DNA from: Syntrophales bacterium | GTDB taxonomy: Bacteria; Desulfobacterota; Syntrophia; Syntrophales; UBA2210 | Reading direction: 5' to 3' | Assembly: GCA_963662405.2 (NCBI GenBank) | Contig: CAXXKT010000003.1 | Location: 320,001 to 384,000 of the forward strand | Length of the DNA stretch: 64,000 bases | Shown: positions 53,532 to 61,871 of the stretch, in pieces | Layout of the letters: each line of letters begins with the position of its first letter | Position numbering within the stretch: the first letter of the stretch is position 1 | Position numbers and translations under genes: made by a program | Notes under the pieces: generated by a model | Told to the model about the DNA's origin: nothing | Databases searched by the model: none | What the model saw: the letters and a program-made list of their open reading frames with translations, nothing else

Positions 53532-54454
53532 TCTTCTTCGAGTATTTCAGTATCAAATGATAATATGTGGGCCTCAGGGTCTACAGAAAGGCGGTAGCTC
53601 CCATCAAACCCAGCTTCTGTCAATAAGGACGCGTCGTATCGCTCATTTATTGTTCCGTCATCAGCACCTGTTCCATATGGTCCGTCATACAAATCAGAAG
53701 AGTCAGAATGTGTATTTCCCACAAGCAAATCTCCGCCGTGACTGTCGGCATTGATTTGTGCAGCCTTTTTCTCTCCCAAAGGAATTTTGCTCAACGTGAT
53801 GGTGAGGTCTGTTGAAACTGCATGGTTATCAGTGGCGGTAGCAAGATCGGAGGGTTGAAGATCCTCTGTGATCCTGTTATTCAGTCTTGGAACCCGGGCA
53901 TTTTCCAAACCGACCAAAAGGGATTTGATGTCAAACCTAGGGTCTCGGTCATAAGTCAAAGGCTGCAAGCTGGTATGAAAAGATGGTTTGAATGGTTGCT
54001 GCGAGGAGGGGGCATCACATTCTTCATCTCTTTGCAGAACCTTATGTATTTGCGTCAAAAGTTCGTTCAGGCGATTCATCTCCGATTCAGCGATCTCAGC
54101 AGCTCGGGTTATTTTTTCATCTGCATGGGGGGTGTTCAGATGGTGCGTATCTAATGCTTGGAGGTTTCTCTCCATGGCTTCCAAAGCCTGCTGTACTTTT
54201 TCTTCAATGGATTCCAGCTCTTTGCACAGGATCAAAATTCTTTCCTGTAAAATATAAATATGAGAATAATCTTCATTGCCTGTCCTGATACTATTCAAAA
54301 GTAATGTTAAGGTGTTGCGGCTGGATGAAATGTCCTGCATGAGGAACCACGCACGGTTCTCAACCTCGCGTAAATCAAAGCTGTTTGATTTGTTATGTTG
54401 GAGGGATTCAGTAGTCAGAGAAAAATTGGGGTCATCTTTTGTCAGATCATCCAC
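53528..54454 (-). CDS. Hypothetical coiled-coil protein, first gene of the operon
   Basis: 308-aa ORF whose stop overlaps the WD40 gene start. Confidence 0.7.
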   Translation of the reverse strand: MDDLTKDDPNFSLTTESLQHNKSNSFDLREVENRAWFLMQDISSSRNTLTLLLNSIRTGNEDYSHIYILQERILILCKELESIEEKVQQALEAMERNLQALDTHHLNTPHADEKITRAAEIAESEMNRLNELLTQIHKVLQRDEECDAPSSQQPFKPSFHTSLQPLTYDRDPRFDIKSLLVGLENARVPRLNNRITEDLQPSDLATATDNHAVSTDLTITLSKIPLGEKKAAQINADSHGGDLLVGNTHSDSSDLYDGPYGTGADDGTINERYDASLLTEAGFDGSYRLSVDPEAHILSFDTEILEEE

Positions 54455-54745
54455 AGGATTCTTCCTCTAAAATCCAAACTCGATATTAATTTGTATTAAT
54501 GGTTTTGGGATATTTTTCGATAATAAAACAATTGAGCAATGCACTCGCCTCATATGAAACTTCTTGACGCTTCCGGAAGTGCACCGTTCATTTCATTATA
54601 TAACTCTTGATTTAATTCTTAAATGAGAAATATGAGATATGTCAAGCTCAAATTGAGTATGTTGTTAATTTTTTAATGTTATATAGATGCCGCATGATTG
54701 GGTCTATACAGCTGCCCCGTTCCGTTGATGCTTATTCTATATACA

Positions 54746-55159
54746 TCACAGATAGTTGAAGAGGTCTCTATCTTTCCGCTCTTGAAGACCGTCTTTTCTT
54801 TCCCTGAAATCCTGCATAAGTGATGAAAGACGATTCAGTGAGCGAGAGAATCTGTTTGAAAAGACCCATCCCTCCCGGTAACCATAAAGCTTATTGAATC
54901 GGGAGACGTGGTCGATGATGCCCATCCTCCTCATTTTGCTCCGGACAGTTTCCAGCATACGGGGTGAAAATCCGTACCTATCGCATAAGGGGCTCAGTTC
55001 CGCCAAGAACTCACTGGGGGCGTATTTAAGCTCGATAAATATTGCCAGGAAGATCTTCTGGTGATTTTTATTATTGGGGAACAACAGTGCTGCAATCTCA
55101 TCCAAGCCCTGAGTGCGGGCAATTTTATTGTAGGTAACCTCGATCTTTGTGTTTGACAT
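54746..55159 (-). CDS. Hypothetical winged-helix-like protein
   Basis: FSPRMLETVRSKMRRMGIIDHVS helix-wing pattern. Confidence 0.65.
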   Translation of the reverse strand: MSNTKIEVTYNKIARTQGLDEIAALLFPNNKNHQKIFLAIFIELKYAPSEFLAELSPLCDRYGFSPRMLETVRSKMRRMGIIDHVSRFNKLYGYREGWVFSNRFSRSLNRLSSLMQDFRERKDGLQERKDRDLFNYL

Positions 55160-55406
55160 TTTTCACCCCAGCCTTTTTGATCAAAATATGGCCTTCGAGA
55201 GGGTATAGGCTCTTCTTCACTCTGTTAAAATCTTTTCTCACTTTGATCCCTGTAAACCAGATAAACTGCTGCTTACCGAAAACCCTGCGATTCCATGGCA
55301 GTCCTGCTCAAAAGGGCAGGGGGACCAGTGAATCGTTCCTCTTCCTATGCCTTTCTATAGGACTTACGCAGTCTCGATACCCAAGATTTTAGGAGGGTAA
55401 TTCCCT

Positions 55407-55799
55407 TTACAATTCAGGACCTGTGGGATTGGTGGCTTTGTCGTTGCTTTCTCGACGACAAAAGGACAAATCGCCTATTTTTTGCTGTTTTTTACGCATC
55501 TCAACCCGTTCCCTGACAATTGCCAGTGCCTGCTGTCGGAGTTGGGTCCCGAACTGACTTTCGATCAGGTAGATCGCCTCATAGGCCGAAACGTATATGT
55601 CATTGAACAGCCGCTGGAACCGCCAGCGGACTCCCTGCCTGGTCATTTTGAAGGAGGTCTCTATCTTATCGCCATAGTTCTGTCTCAATACGAGGCGCTT
55701 ATATCCGGCATCTTTCATATCGACAGCCAGGTCTTTTGCATCGAGCAACAACTTTAATCGTTCCAGGTAATCCTTATCCTTCTGCGTAAGCTTCATCAT
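55407..55799 (-). CDS. Hypothetical protein, possible HTH
   Basis: MTRQGVRWRFQR; overlaps the upstream gene. Confidence 0.65.
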   Translation of the reverse strand: MMKLTQKDKDYLERLKLLLDAKDLAVDMKDAGYKRLVLRQNYGDKIETSFKMTRQGVRWRFQRLFNDIYVSAYEAIYLIESQFGTQLRQQALAIVRERVEMRKKQQKIGDLSFCRRESNDKATNPTGPEL

Positions 55800-56637
55800 T
55801 ACATCTCCGTATGAGTAAATCATCGCCGGATTGTTGCAGGACAACCTCGCGATCGTTATCCATGAAGATCAGAGCCGTGAACCGCCGTGCCCTGTCGCAT
55901 CGGCAGTCCTCGATAAGGGGCGATATGGAGGAGAAAAGAAGGGTGTGGTGACCCAGTACCGCCAGAATATGAGACCGGTAGGCATTGAGATCGAAGTCAC
56001 TCTTCAGATCGAAGAAATCCGTATATGCCGCCATAGGATTTTCGAGGATGAACGCATCCAGGTCTTTGGAGAAATCGGAGAGGATATCCGACTCCGGATT
56101 TTCCATGAGAACCAGTTCCCCGGATCGGGACTCGGCCAGCAGTCTTCTGATGGCTTCTCGTTTCTCTCTGGACCGGTTCCGCGACTCCTGCATCATCTGC
56201 CGGAAATACTCGGCATCAAACAAACGTTCATCGAATATGAATCGCGAGGGGACCGTCTTATGACATGTTGAACAGGAGTAATGAAACGTTTTTCGAACGA
56301 GCGGCGCCTGGCAGCAGGGGCTTGTCTGAAAGGCGACCGTCGGATCGAACACGTGTCCTCCCTGACAGGTGCATTCACTCTGTCCGCTCATGGTGATTCC
56401 CCTGCCGCAGGTTGGACAGGCGTAGTTGGAAAGCATTACCTGAAAATAAAACTCCTTTGCACGTTCTTTATAGGACTCTATATGTTGAAGAATGCCATTG
56501 ATTCTGCGGACAAGAGGGTTTTTGAAGAAGGCATCCTGAGTTGCGGTTCCTTCCGGCACTATGCGTTCGAAAGGTACTTCGCATGTGAGTAACGGGATGC
56601 TTCTTTTTCCAACCGGTATGTCTTCTTCGTTTTCCAT
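55774..56637 (-). CDS. Zn-ribbon protein with ScpA-like C-terminal winged helix
   Basis: CPTC, CTC..H, CC, CSTC; C-terminal ARRFTALIFMDNDREVVLQQSGDDLLI. Confidence 0.65.
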   Translation of the reverse strand: MENEEDIPVGKRSIPLLTCEVPFERIVPEGTATQDAFFKNPLVRRINGILQHIESYKERAKEFYFQVMLSNYACPTCGRGITMSGQSECTCQGGHVFDPTVAFQTSPCCQAPLVRKTFHYSCSTCHKTVPSRFIFDERLFDAEYFRQMMQESRNRSREKREAIRRLLAESRSGELVLMENPESDILSDFSKDLDAFILENPMAAYTDFFDLKSDFDLNAYRSHILAVLGHHTLLFSSISPLIEDCRCDRARRFTALIFMDNDREVVLQQSGDDLLIRRCNDEAYAEG

Positions 56638-56650
56638 GGTGAGCTGTGCA

Positions 56651-57892
56651 TCAGGTAGCTGGATTCAGGTCAAACTCCATCAGAATGACCTGTGTGAGCC
56701 TGTCCGAGATCTCCTTCGGCAGGTTGATCGTGATTTCCTTGGTTCGCCCATATCGGCCATGGGAAAAGACCCGCGCCTGGATGAAGCCGTACATGTCCAA
56801 CTCCGAAACGAGATCGCTGAAGGCTCTTTGGGTCAAGACCCGCAGCTTGATCGTGGAGCAAAACTGACGGTATCCTTCATAGGCGTCACCGGTGTAGACC
56901 GGTTTCGTCGTCCTTGCCGTAAGGAGAATAACGGCAAAAAGGGCGGCCTGGAGCTGCTTGGGGCTGGATTTTATCATCGCCACGTACTTGTCCTTCTCGA
57001 TGTCATCCAGTGCCCGATCGACCAGATCCATGGTAATTTTTGTCCCTTCCTTTTCCGCCATGAGTGCCGACTTTGAAAGAAGCTCCACCGCCTTTCGTGC
57101 ATCGCCATGGGTCCTGCTCGACACGGCAGCGATTTTTTCCAGAACGCCCGCTTCGATCATTTCTTGATTGAGGGCCTTCTGTATGCGCAGCGCAAGGATT
57201 TGTTGTAGATCGTAGGCATTGTAGGGTTTGAAGAATATCTCGTTGATCTTCAGAAAAGACTTGATCCGCGGATCGATGTTCTCCTGCCAGTTAAGTCTGT
57301 TTGAGGTAAATACCAGAATGAGCTTCAACGGCACGGTTTGAGGCAGTCTCTTGGTCAGGAACTTCAGAAAACTGTCGATATCCCTTCTCACATGATCGAC
57401 TTCATCGACAAAGATGATGAAATATCCACGATAGTTTTTCATCTTCTCTTCGATCTTGCCCATGAGTTCGTCCAATGAGATCCCCTTCTTGTAGCGCTTT
57501 GACGCATCCAGGTAGCAGGCGAGATCGTTTAACACCCGAAAGCAGGGTTTTGGTGTCGATAGATCCAGATGTATATACATCATTTCGATCATCTTCTTGT
57601 GGCAGATCGCCTTCAGCATGTTCAGGTAATAGAGCATCGTCACCGTTTTACCGGTGCCCGTTTTTCCATAGAGTGACAGATGGACAGGATGGTCCCCTCT
57701 GAACATGGGTGCGAAATGGGAACTCAGGTCTTCGATTTCGGTGTCTCGAACATCCAGGGCAAAGATCTCCTCCAGCACCTGGAATTGTTCGCTCCGGTCG
57801 AGCTGCTCATCGTCAAGATATCGTCTATCCAGGATGATGGTATTCTTGAGCAGGGACTGAATCTGCTTTTCAATCTTCAAATCGGCTCGCAT
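56651..57892 (-). CDS. cdc6: Orc1/Cdc6-family AAA+ replication initiator
   Basis: YGKTGTGKT, DEVD, DPRIKS, FKPYNAYDLQQIL..R, HGDARKAVELL, wHTH SELDMYGFI...GRYGRTKEI. Confidence 0.9.
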   Translation of the reverse strand: MRADLKIEKQIQSLLKNTIILDRRYLDDEQLDRSEQFQVLEEIFALDVRDTEIEDLSSHFAPMFRGDHPVHLSLYGKTGTGKTVTMLYYLNMLKAICHKKMIEMMYIHLDLSTPKPCFRVLNDLACYLDASKRYKKGISLDELMGKIEEKMKNYRGYFIIFVDEVDHVRRDIDSFLKFLTKRLPQTVPLKLILVFTSNRLNWQENIDPRIKSFLKINEIFFKPYNAYDLQQILALRIQKALNQEMIEAGVLEKIAAVSSRTHGDARKAVELLSKSALMAEKEGTKITMDLVDRALDDIEKDKYVAMIKSSPKQLQAALFAVILLTARTTKPVYTGDAYEGYRQFCSTIKLRVLTQRAFSDLVSELDMYGFIQARVFSHGRYGRTKEITINLPKEISDRLTQVILMEFDLNPAT

Positions 57893-57896
57893 GGTG

Positions 57897-58130
57897 GTTC
57901 CACTGGAAATTTACCGGGACATGCGACAGCTTCTGAATAACCACATATTTATATTTTTCGTTTTTTCAGTGTGAGTAATTTTCCAGTGGAGATTGGGGAG
58001 GAAAGATGTGTTGTCCTTTTTTGAAATTCATCGCAATATTTTCTATATAGAAAGTAAATATACATAAAGATATAGATATATACCGATACATACATACCGT
58101 GTTCCATCGGAAATTTACTCTCACTGGGGA
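57897..58130. other. Candidate replication origin: ORB-like boxes around an AT-rich tract
   Basis: GTTCCACTGGAAATTTAC 57897-57914; inverted 25-mers at 57967-57991 and 58102-58126. Confidence 0.7.
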
Positions 58131-58209
58131 TGGGACAAAAGTTCAATGAGAGCATGAGAATTCAAACTACTGAAACCATCTGAAAATAGAAAGATTAATA
58201 AACGAAGTA

Positions 58210-58482
58210 TTGTATGGAATGAGGATGGAAGATTTTTACAATATAATTCCCTTTCCGTATCGAACAGAACGAATTGGGAGGATCAGGGATGTCATAACTC
58301 AAATCAGAGCCGATTCTGAACGCTATATGGCGATCAAACAAAAGATTGAAGCGGGTTTCGGCGATGATGCAGATATGGAAGAACTACAGCAGACAAGAGC
58401 ATGGTTACAAAAGGAAAAGTTTACTTACAAACGAATGAATTCTAAGGGTATCGAAGGGATCGCATGTACATTTCATTTATAA
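58210..58482 (+). CDS. Small hypothetical protein
   Basis: 90-aa helical ORF divergent from cdc6. Confidence 0.4.
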   Translation: MYGMRMEDFYNIIPFPYRTERIGRIRDVITQIRADSERYMAIKQKIEAGFGDDADMEELQQTRAWLQKEKFTYKRMNSKGIEGIACTFHL

Positions 58483-58628
58483 TACTGATGTGCATTAGAT
58501 TTCCGTATTATATAGGAAACTGTCTATTTAATGTTCTGCTCTGATCTGATGTCTTTTTTGTTCCTCTTGCCTTCAGTATGTCGGTCTGGTATACTTCTGT
58601 AAGAACGACGTTCTTACGGAGGTGTAAC

Positions 58629-58835
58629 ATGATTAAACATCTACAGAAGGTCGGGAACAGCAGGGGCATCGTGTTGGACCGGCCCATCTTGAAGCTTCTG
58701 TCTGTACCGCCAGACGGCGCTTTCGAGGTAACGCCTCAGGAGGGCGGACTGTTTCTCAGGCCGATCACAACACAAGAAGCCTACGAGAGGGTATCCAAAA
58801 AGCACCAGAAATCGCTGGACAAGCTTTCCCGATGA
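58629..58835 (+). CDS. AbrB/MazE-type antitoxin
   Basis: LQKVGNSRGIVLDRPIL; RBS ggagg; overlaps doc. Confidence 0.85.
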   Translation: MIKHLQKVGNSRGIVLDRPILKLLSVPPDGAFEVTPQEGGLFLRPITTQEAYERVSKKHQKSLDKLSR

Positions 58836-59233
58836 CAGAAGAGCCCTATTTCATCACCCTTGAAGAGGCCATTCTCTTCCACCGCGAGGAGATAGAACGG
58901 ACCGGGGGAGCCGAGGGCATCCGTGATCTGGATGGATTGACCGCAGCACTCGCTGCCCCACAAGCGTCCTTTGGTGGTTCCTATCTATTGGTGGATCTGT
59001 TCGAGATGGCGGCTGCTTACGTGGAGTCGATCTGTATGCGACATCCATTCGTCGACGGCAACAAGAGAACCGGAACGGCCTGTGCTCTTGTCTTCCTGCT
59101 GCTGAATGGCTACGAGATCGACGAAGAACACGATGAGGCGCTTGCCGACCGCGTTCTCGATTTGGTGACACATAGGACGGACAGAGAGGGACTTGCCGAG
59201 TATTTCCGGACGAGATCAAGAGAGGCCGGGTGA
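58832..59233 (+). CDS. doc: Doc/Fic-family toxin
   Basis: HPFVDGNKRTG. Confidence 0.92.
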   Translation: MTEEPYFITLEEAILFHREEIERTGGAEGIRDLDGLTAALAAPQASFGGSYLLVDLFEMAAAYVESICMRHPFVDGNKRTGTACALVFLLLNGYEIDEEHDEALADRVLDLVTHRTDREGLAEYFRTRSREAG

Positions 59234-59368
59234 GGTAAAACAATAGCTTGTACTGGACGGAGTTCCGCGGATCGCTCCACTGCGCATAGTCCTTGATAAT
59301 GTATTATTGCGCTGTCAAGTACCCAAAATTTTTGATATACGAAATAGCATCGTTCACAGGAGAACCGA

Positions 59369-59800
59369 ATGAGTAACCAAGAAGAGAAAGAGGACGCAGA
59401 GATCTCTGGATATTCACAGCGTATATTAGGACACGAGGCATTCGCTGAATTGTACCCGACCATTGAAGAGATTCAAGTCATCGTCAAACGGAGCGGCAAC
59501 GGCAAACCCACCCACGCAGACACACAAGCATATTATGATCGCTACGGAAAAGATGTTGTGGACTATGTCGATTGCGCAAACCCGATGTGCCGCAACGGTG
59601 GTTTCTCTATTGGCAGTCTCATTGAGAAAATGGTTGTTTCCAATCAGACAAATTTGCAGAAAGACTATATTCCTTGCCCGGGATATGAAGATTCCAGCCC
59701 ACGAGTTGGCCGAACTCACCAGTGTACCAACTTCTTCGGGATCAGGATCAACATCAAATACAAATCACAATCTTCCAGTGAAGATAGCGAATTCGCATGA
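59369..59800 (+). CDS. Hypothetical Cys-containing protein
   Basis: CANPMCRNGG, CPGYE, C; RBS aggag. Confidence 0.65.
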   Translation: MSNQEEKEDAEISGYSQRILGHEAFAELYPTIEEIQVIVKRSGNGKPTHADTQAYYDRYGKDVVDYVDCANPMCRNGGFSIGSLIEKMVVSNQTNLQKDYIPCPGYEDSSPRVGRTHQCTNFFGIRINIKYKSQSSSEDSEFA

Positions 59801-59869
59801 GCCACCCCATTATCAGAATAAGAATATTATACATATAATAATTATTTTCTTGAAGGAGGAATCCCTGCC

Positions 59870-60154
59870 ATAGCCCTAACAAAAGGAGACATCGTCAAGT
59901 CAATCCAAGATCAGTTAAACTTACCAAAGGACAAATCTACAGGCTTACTTGAATCCGTTCTGGAGAGTATAACCCAATCGCTTGCCGATGGTGAGGATGT
60001 TGCGATCAGCGGATTTGGGAAGTTCTGTGTCATTGACAAGAAAGCACGATCCGGGCGAAATCCTCAGACAGGCGAACCGATGGTTATCGGGCCACGAAGA
60101 GTTGTCACATTCAGGAACTCTTCACGATTAAAAGAGAAGCTCAACTCGAAATAG
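59870..60154 (+). CDS. ihfA: Integration host factor alpha-like (IHF/HU) protein with ATA in the start position
   Basis: Not in ORF track: (I)ALTKGDIV...ISGFGKF...RSGRNPQTGEPM...RRVVTF; RBS aggagg upstream. Confidence 0.85.
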   Translation: MALTKGDIVKSIQDQLNLPKDKSTGLLESVLESITQSLADGEDVAISGFGKFCVIDKKARSGRNPQTGEPMVIGPRRVVTFRNSSRLKEKLNSK

Positions 60155-60443
60155 AAAGAATAATGGTGTGAAAAATTCTTGATATAAGCTCAGAGAGCTA
60201 GAAGGCTGACATCTTTGATCTTGATGCCTTTTCTGCTTTTGACTGGCCGTAGCCGGAGGGTTTATAGCCTGATCATCAAAGCCCTGTTTCTTATCAAAAG
60301 AAGTGGGGTCAATAGCAGATCTCCAGCTCGTTCAATCCGTAGATTTTGGTCGATTTCCTTCACCACCCCCCATCATAAAACCGAAAACTTTATATACCAG
60401 TATCACTTCCCAGTAACAAAAAGGGACAGATGAGCTGGTTTGC

Positions 60444-60980
60444 ATGATCATAAACTCGATAACCCCGGACTACGATAACGGAAATTTCCCCGTCGAAGTC
60501 AGCTCTGCGTCCCCCTCTATAACGTATCTTTATCCCCAGAGGTATGGCTATCATCGAACCTGCCCCGCATATCCCATTACCTTCCCCTTTGAGCGAAAAC
60601 CGATGTTCTACGCGACTGGCTTGGGTCTCGAGGGACTCCTCTACCAGAAACAGGAGGTCATCGATTCCAAGATCCGCATGGTCCTTTCGGAGATCGACCA
60701 GCGCCGGCTCATGAAGGACTATCATCTCTATCGAATCGATTGCGATCAATGCTCCTGCCGGAACTTGGTGTACTTTATCGGCATGGACTACAAGGACCGC
60801 CGCAGGGTGGATATCGAAAAGAAGATCATCGATCTGGAACAGGAAAAACGACGTGAACGCGCCGCCTACTTTCGGGATGTCCTCTTCCTCAGAAAGGAGC
60901 TGAGGGAATCGTTCATCGAGAAGCTGGAAGAGGAACAGAAGGCGGAGATATTTATGAACCCCAAGGAGGAATTCCCATGA
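60444..60980 (+). CDS. Hypothetical coiled-coil protein
   Basis: 178-aa ORF, translationally coupled to the next gene. Confidence 0.7.
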   Translation: MIINSITPDYDNGNFPVEVSSASPSITYLYPQRYGYHRTCPAYPITFPFERKPMFYATGLGLEGLLYQKQEVIDSKIRMVLSEIDQRRLMKDYHLYRIDCDQCSCRNLVYFIGMDYKDRRRVDIEKKIIDLEQEKRRERAAYFRDVLFLRKELRESFIEKLEEEQKAEIFMNPKEEFP

Positions 60981-61129
60981 ACGAGATAACCAAGGAAGAC
61001 ATTCGAAAGCTGAGAAACGACCCGTTGAGCTTTGCCGTGCTTATGGAAAACCAGCATTTAGAGCACGTCATCGCCACCTTCGTGTCGGTTCTGAACAAGA
61101 GAAGACGAACGCGAGGTGATCAGAATTGA
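60977..61129 (+). CDS. 50-aa hypothetical protein
   Basis: RBS aggagg, ATGA overlap; MNEITKEDIRKLRNDP... Confidence 0.55.
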   Translation: MNEITKEDIRKLRNDPLSFAVLMENQHLEHVIATFVSVLNKRRRTRGDQN

Positions 61130-61871
61130 ACGACGCATCCTGAGCCCCACCGCAATCAACACCTACCTGGCATGTCCCCGCAAGTTTTACCTGCGCTACA
61201 TCAAAAAGCTGCCCGGCAGGCCCTCCATTCATCTTATACGAGGTTCTCTCGTCCATAAAACCCTCCATGACTTTCATGTCAACCTCTCCAGAATTATTCC
61301 ATACAACGATCCCGAAGCGATCGGCACCGCCCTGATCGGCATATTCCAGCGCCACTGGCAGGCGGAAAAGACGGCCCTCGAATCCCTGGGACTCTCTCAG
61401 GAGCGCCTGGAATACTACCGGCGCGACAGTGCGGACATGCTGACCAATTACGCCCGATGGTTCGCCGGCCAGAGGGCCCCTCCCGTGGTGGATGCCACGG
61501 AACTCAAGATATTTTCCGGAAAGCTTCGCCTCATGGGAGTCATCGATGCCGTGAAGATCCAGGGAGGCGAAACCTTTCTCACCGATTACAAGACATCGAA
61601 GAGCACTTCGATCACCGAGGATATCACGCGGCAGGCCATCATCTATGCACTGCTCTACCAGGACCGGTACGGAGACATCCCCGCGGCGGTCTATATCCAT
61701 TTCCTCAGGGATCCCAAAGATCCGGCGGTGCTCTACATGGACGATGTCCAGCTCGAGTACGGAAAAATATTAATAGACGCCATCCGCAACAAGACCGGGA
61801 CCACCGATGAAAAGGACTACCCCTGCACCTGCGGTGGCACCTGCGATAGAGACTTCATCACCGGTCCATGA
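61116..61871 (+). CDS. PD-(D/E)XK nuclease (RecB/Cas4-like)
   Basis: SPTAINTYLACPRKFY, GSLVH, GVID, DYKT, QAIIYA, C-terminal CTCGGTC. Confidence 0.88.
   Translation: MIRIERRILSPTAINTYLACPRKFYLRYIKKLPGRPSIHLIRGSLVHKTLHDFHVNLSRIIPYNDPEAIGTALIGIFQRHWQAEKTALESLGLSQERLEYYRRDSADMLTNYARWFAGQRAPPVVDATELKIFSGKLRLMGVIDAVKIQGGETFLTDYKTSKSTSITEDITRQAIIYALLYQDRYGDIPAAVYIHFLRDPKDPAVLYMDDVQLEYGKILIDAIRNKTGTTDEKDYPCTCGGTCDRDFITGP

Noticed and set aside
61116..61871. CRISPR-Cas locus (Cas4-like gene)
   Set aside because: No cas1/cas2 and no repeat-spacer array noticed anywhere in the window.
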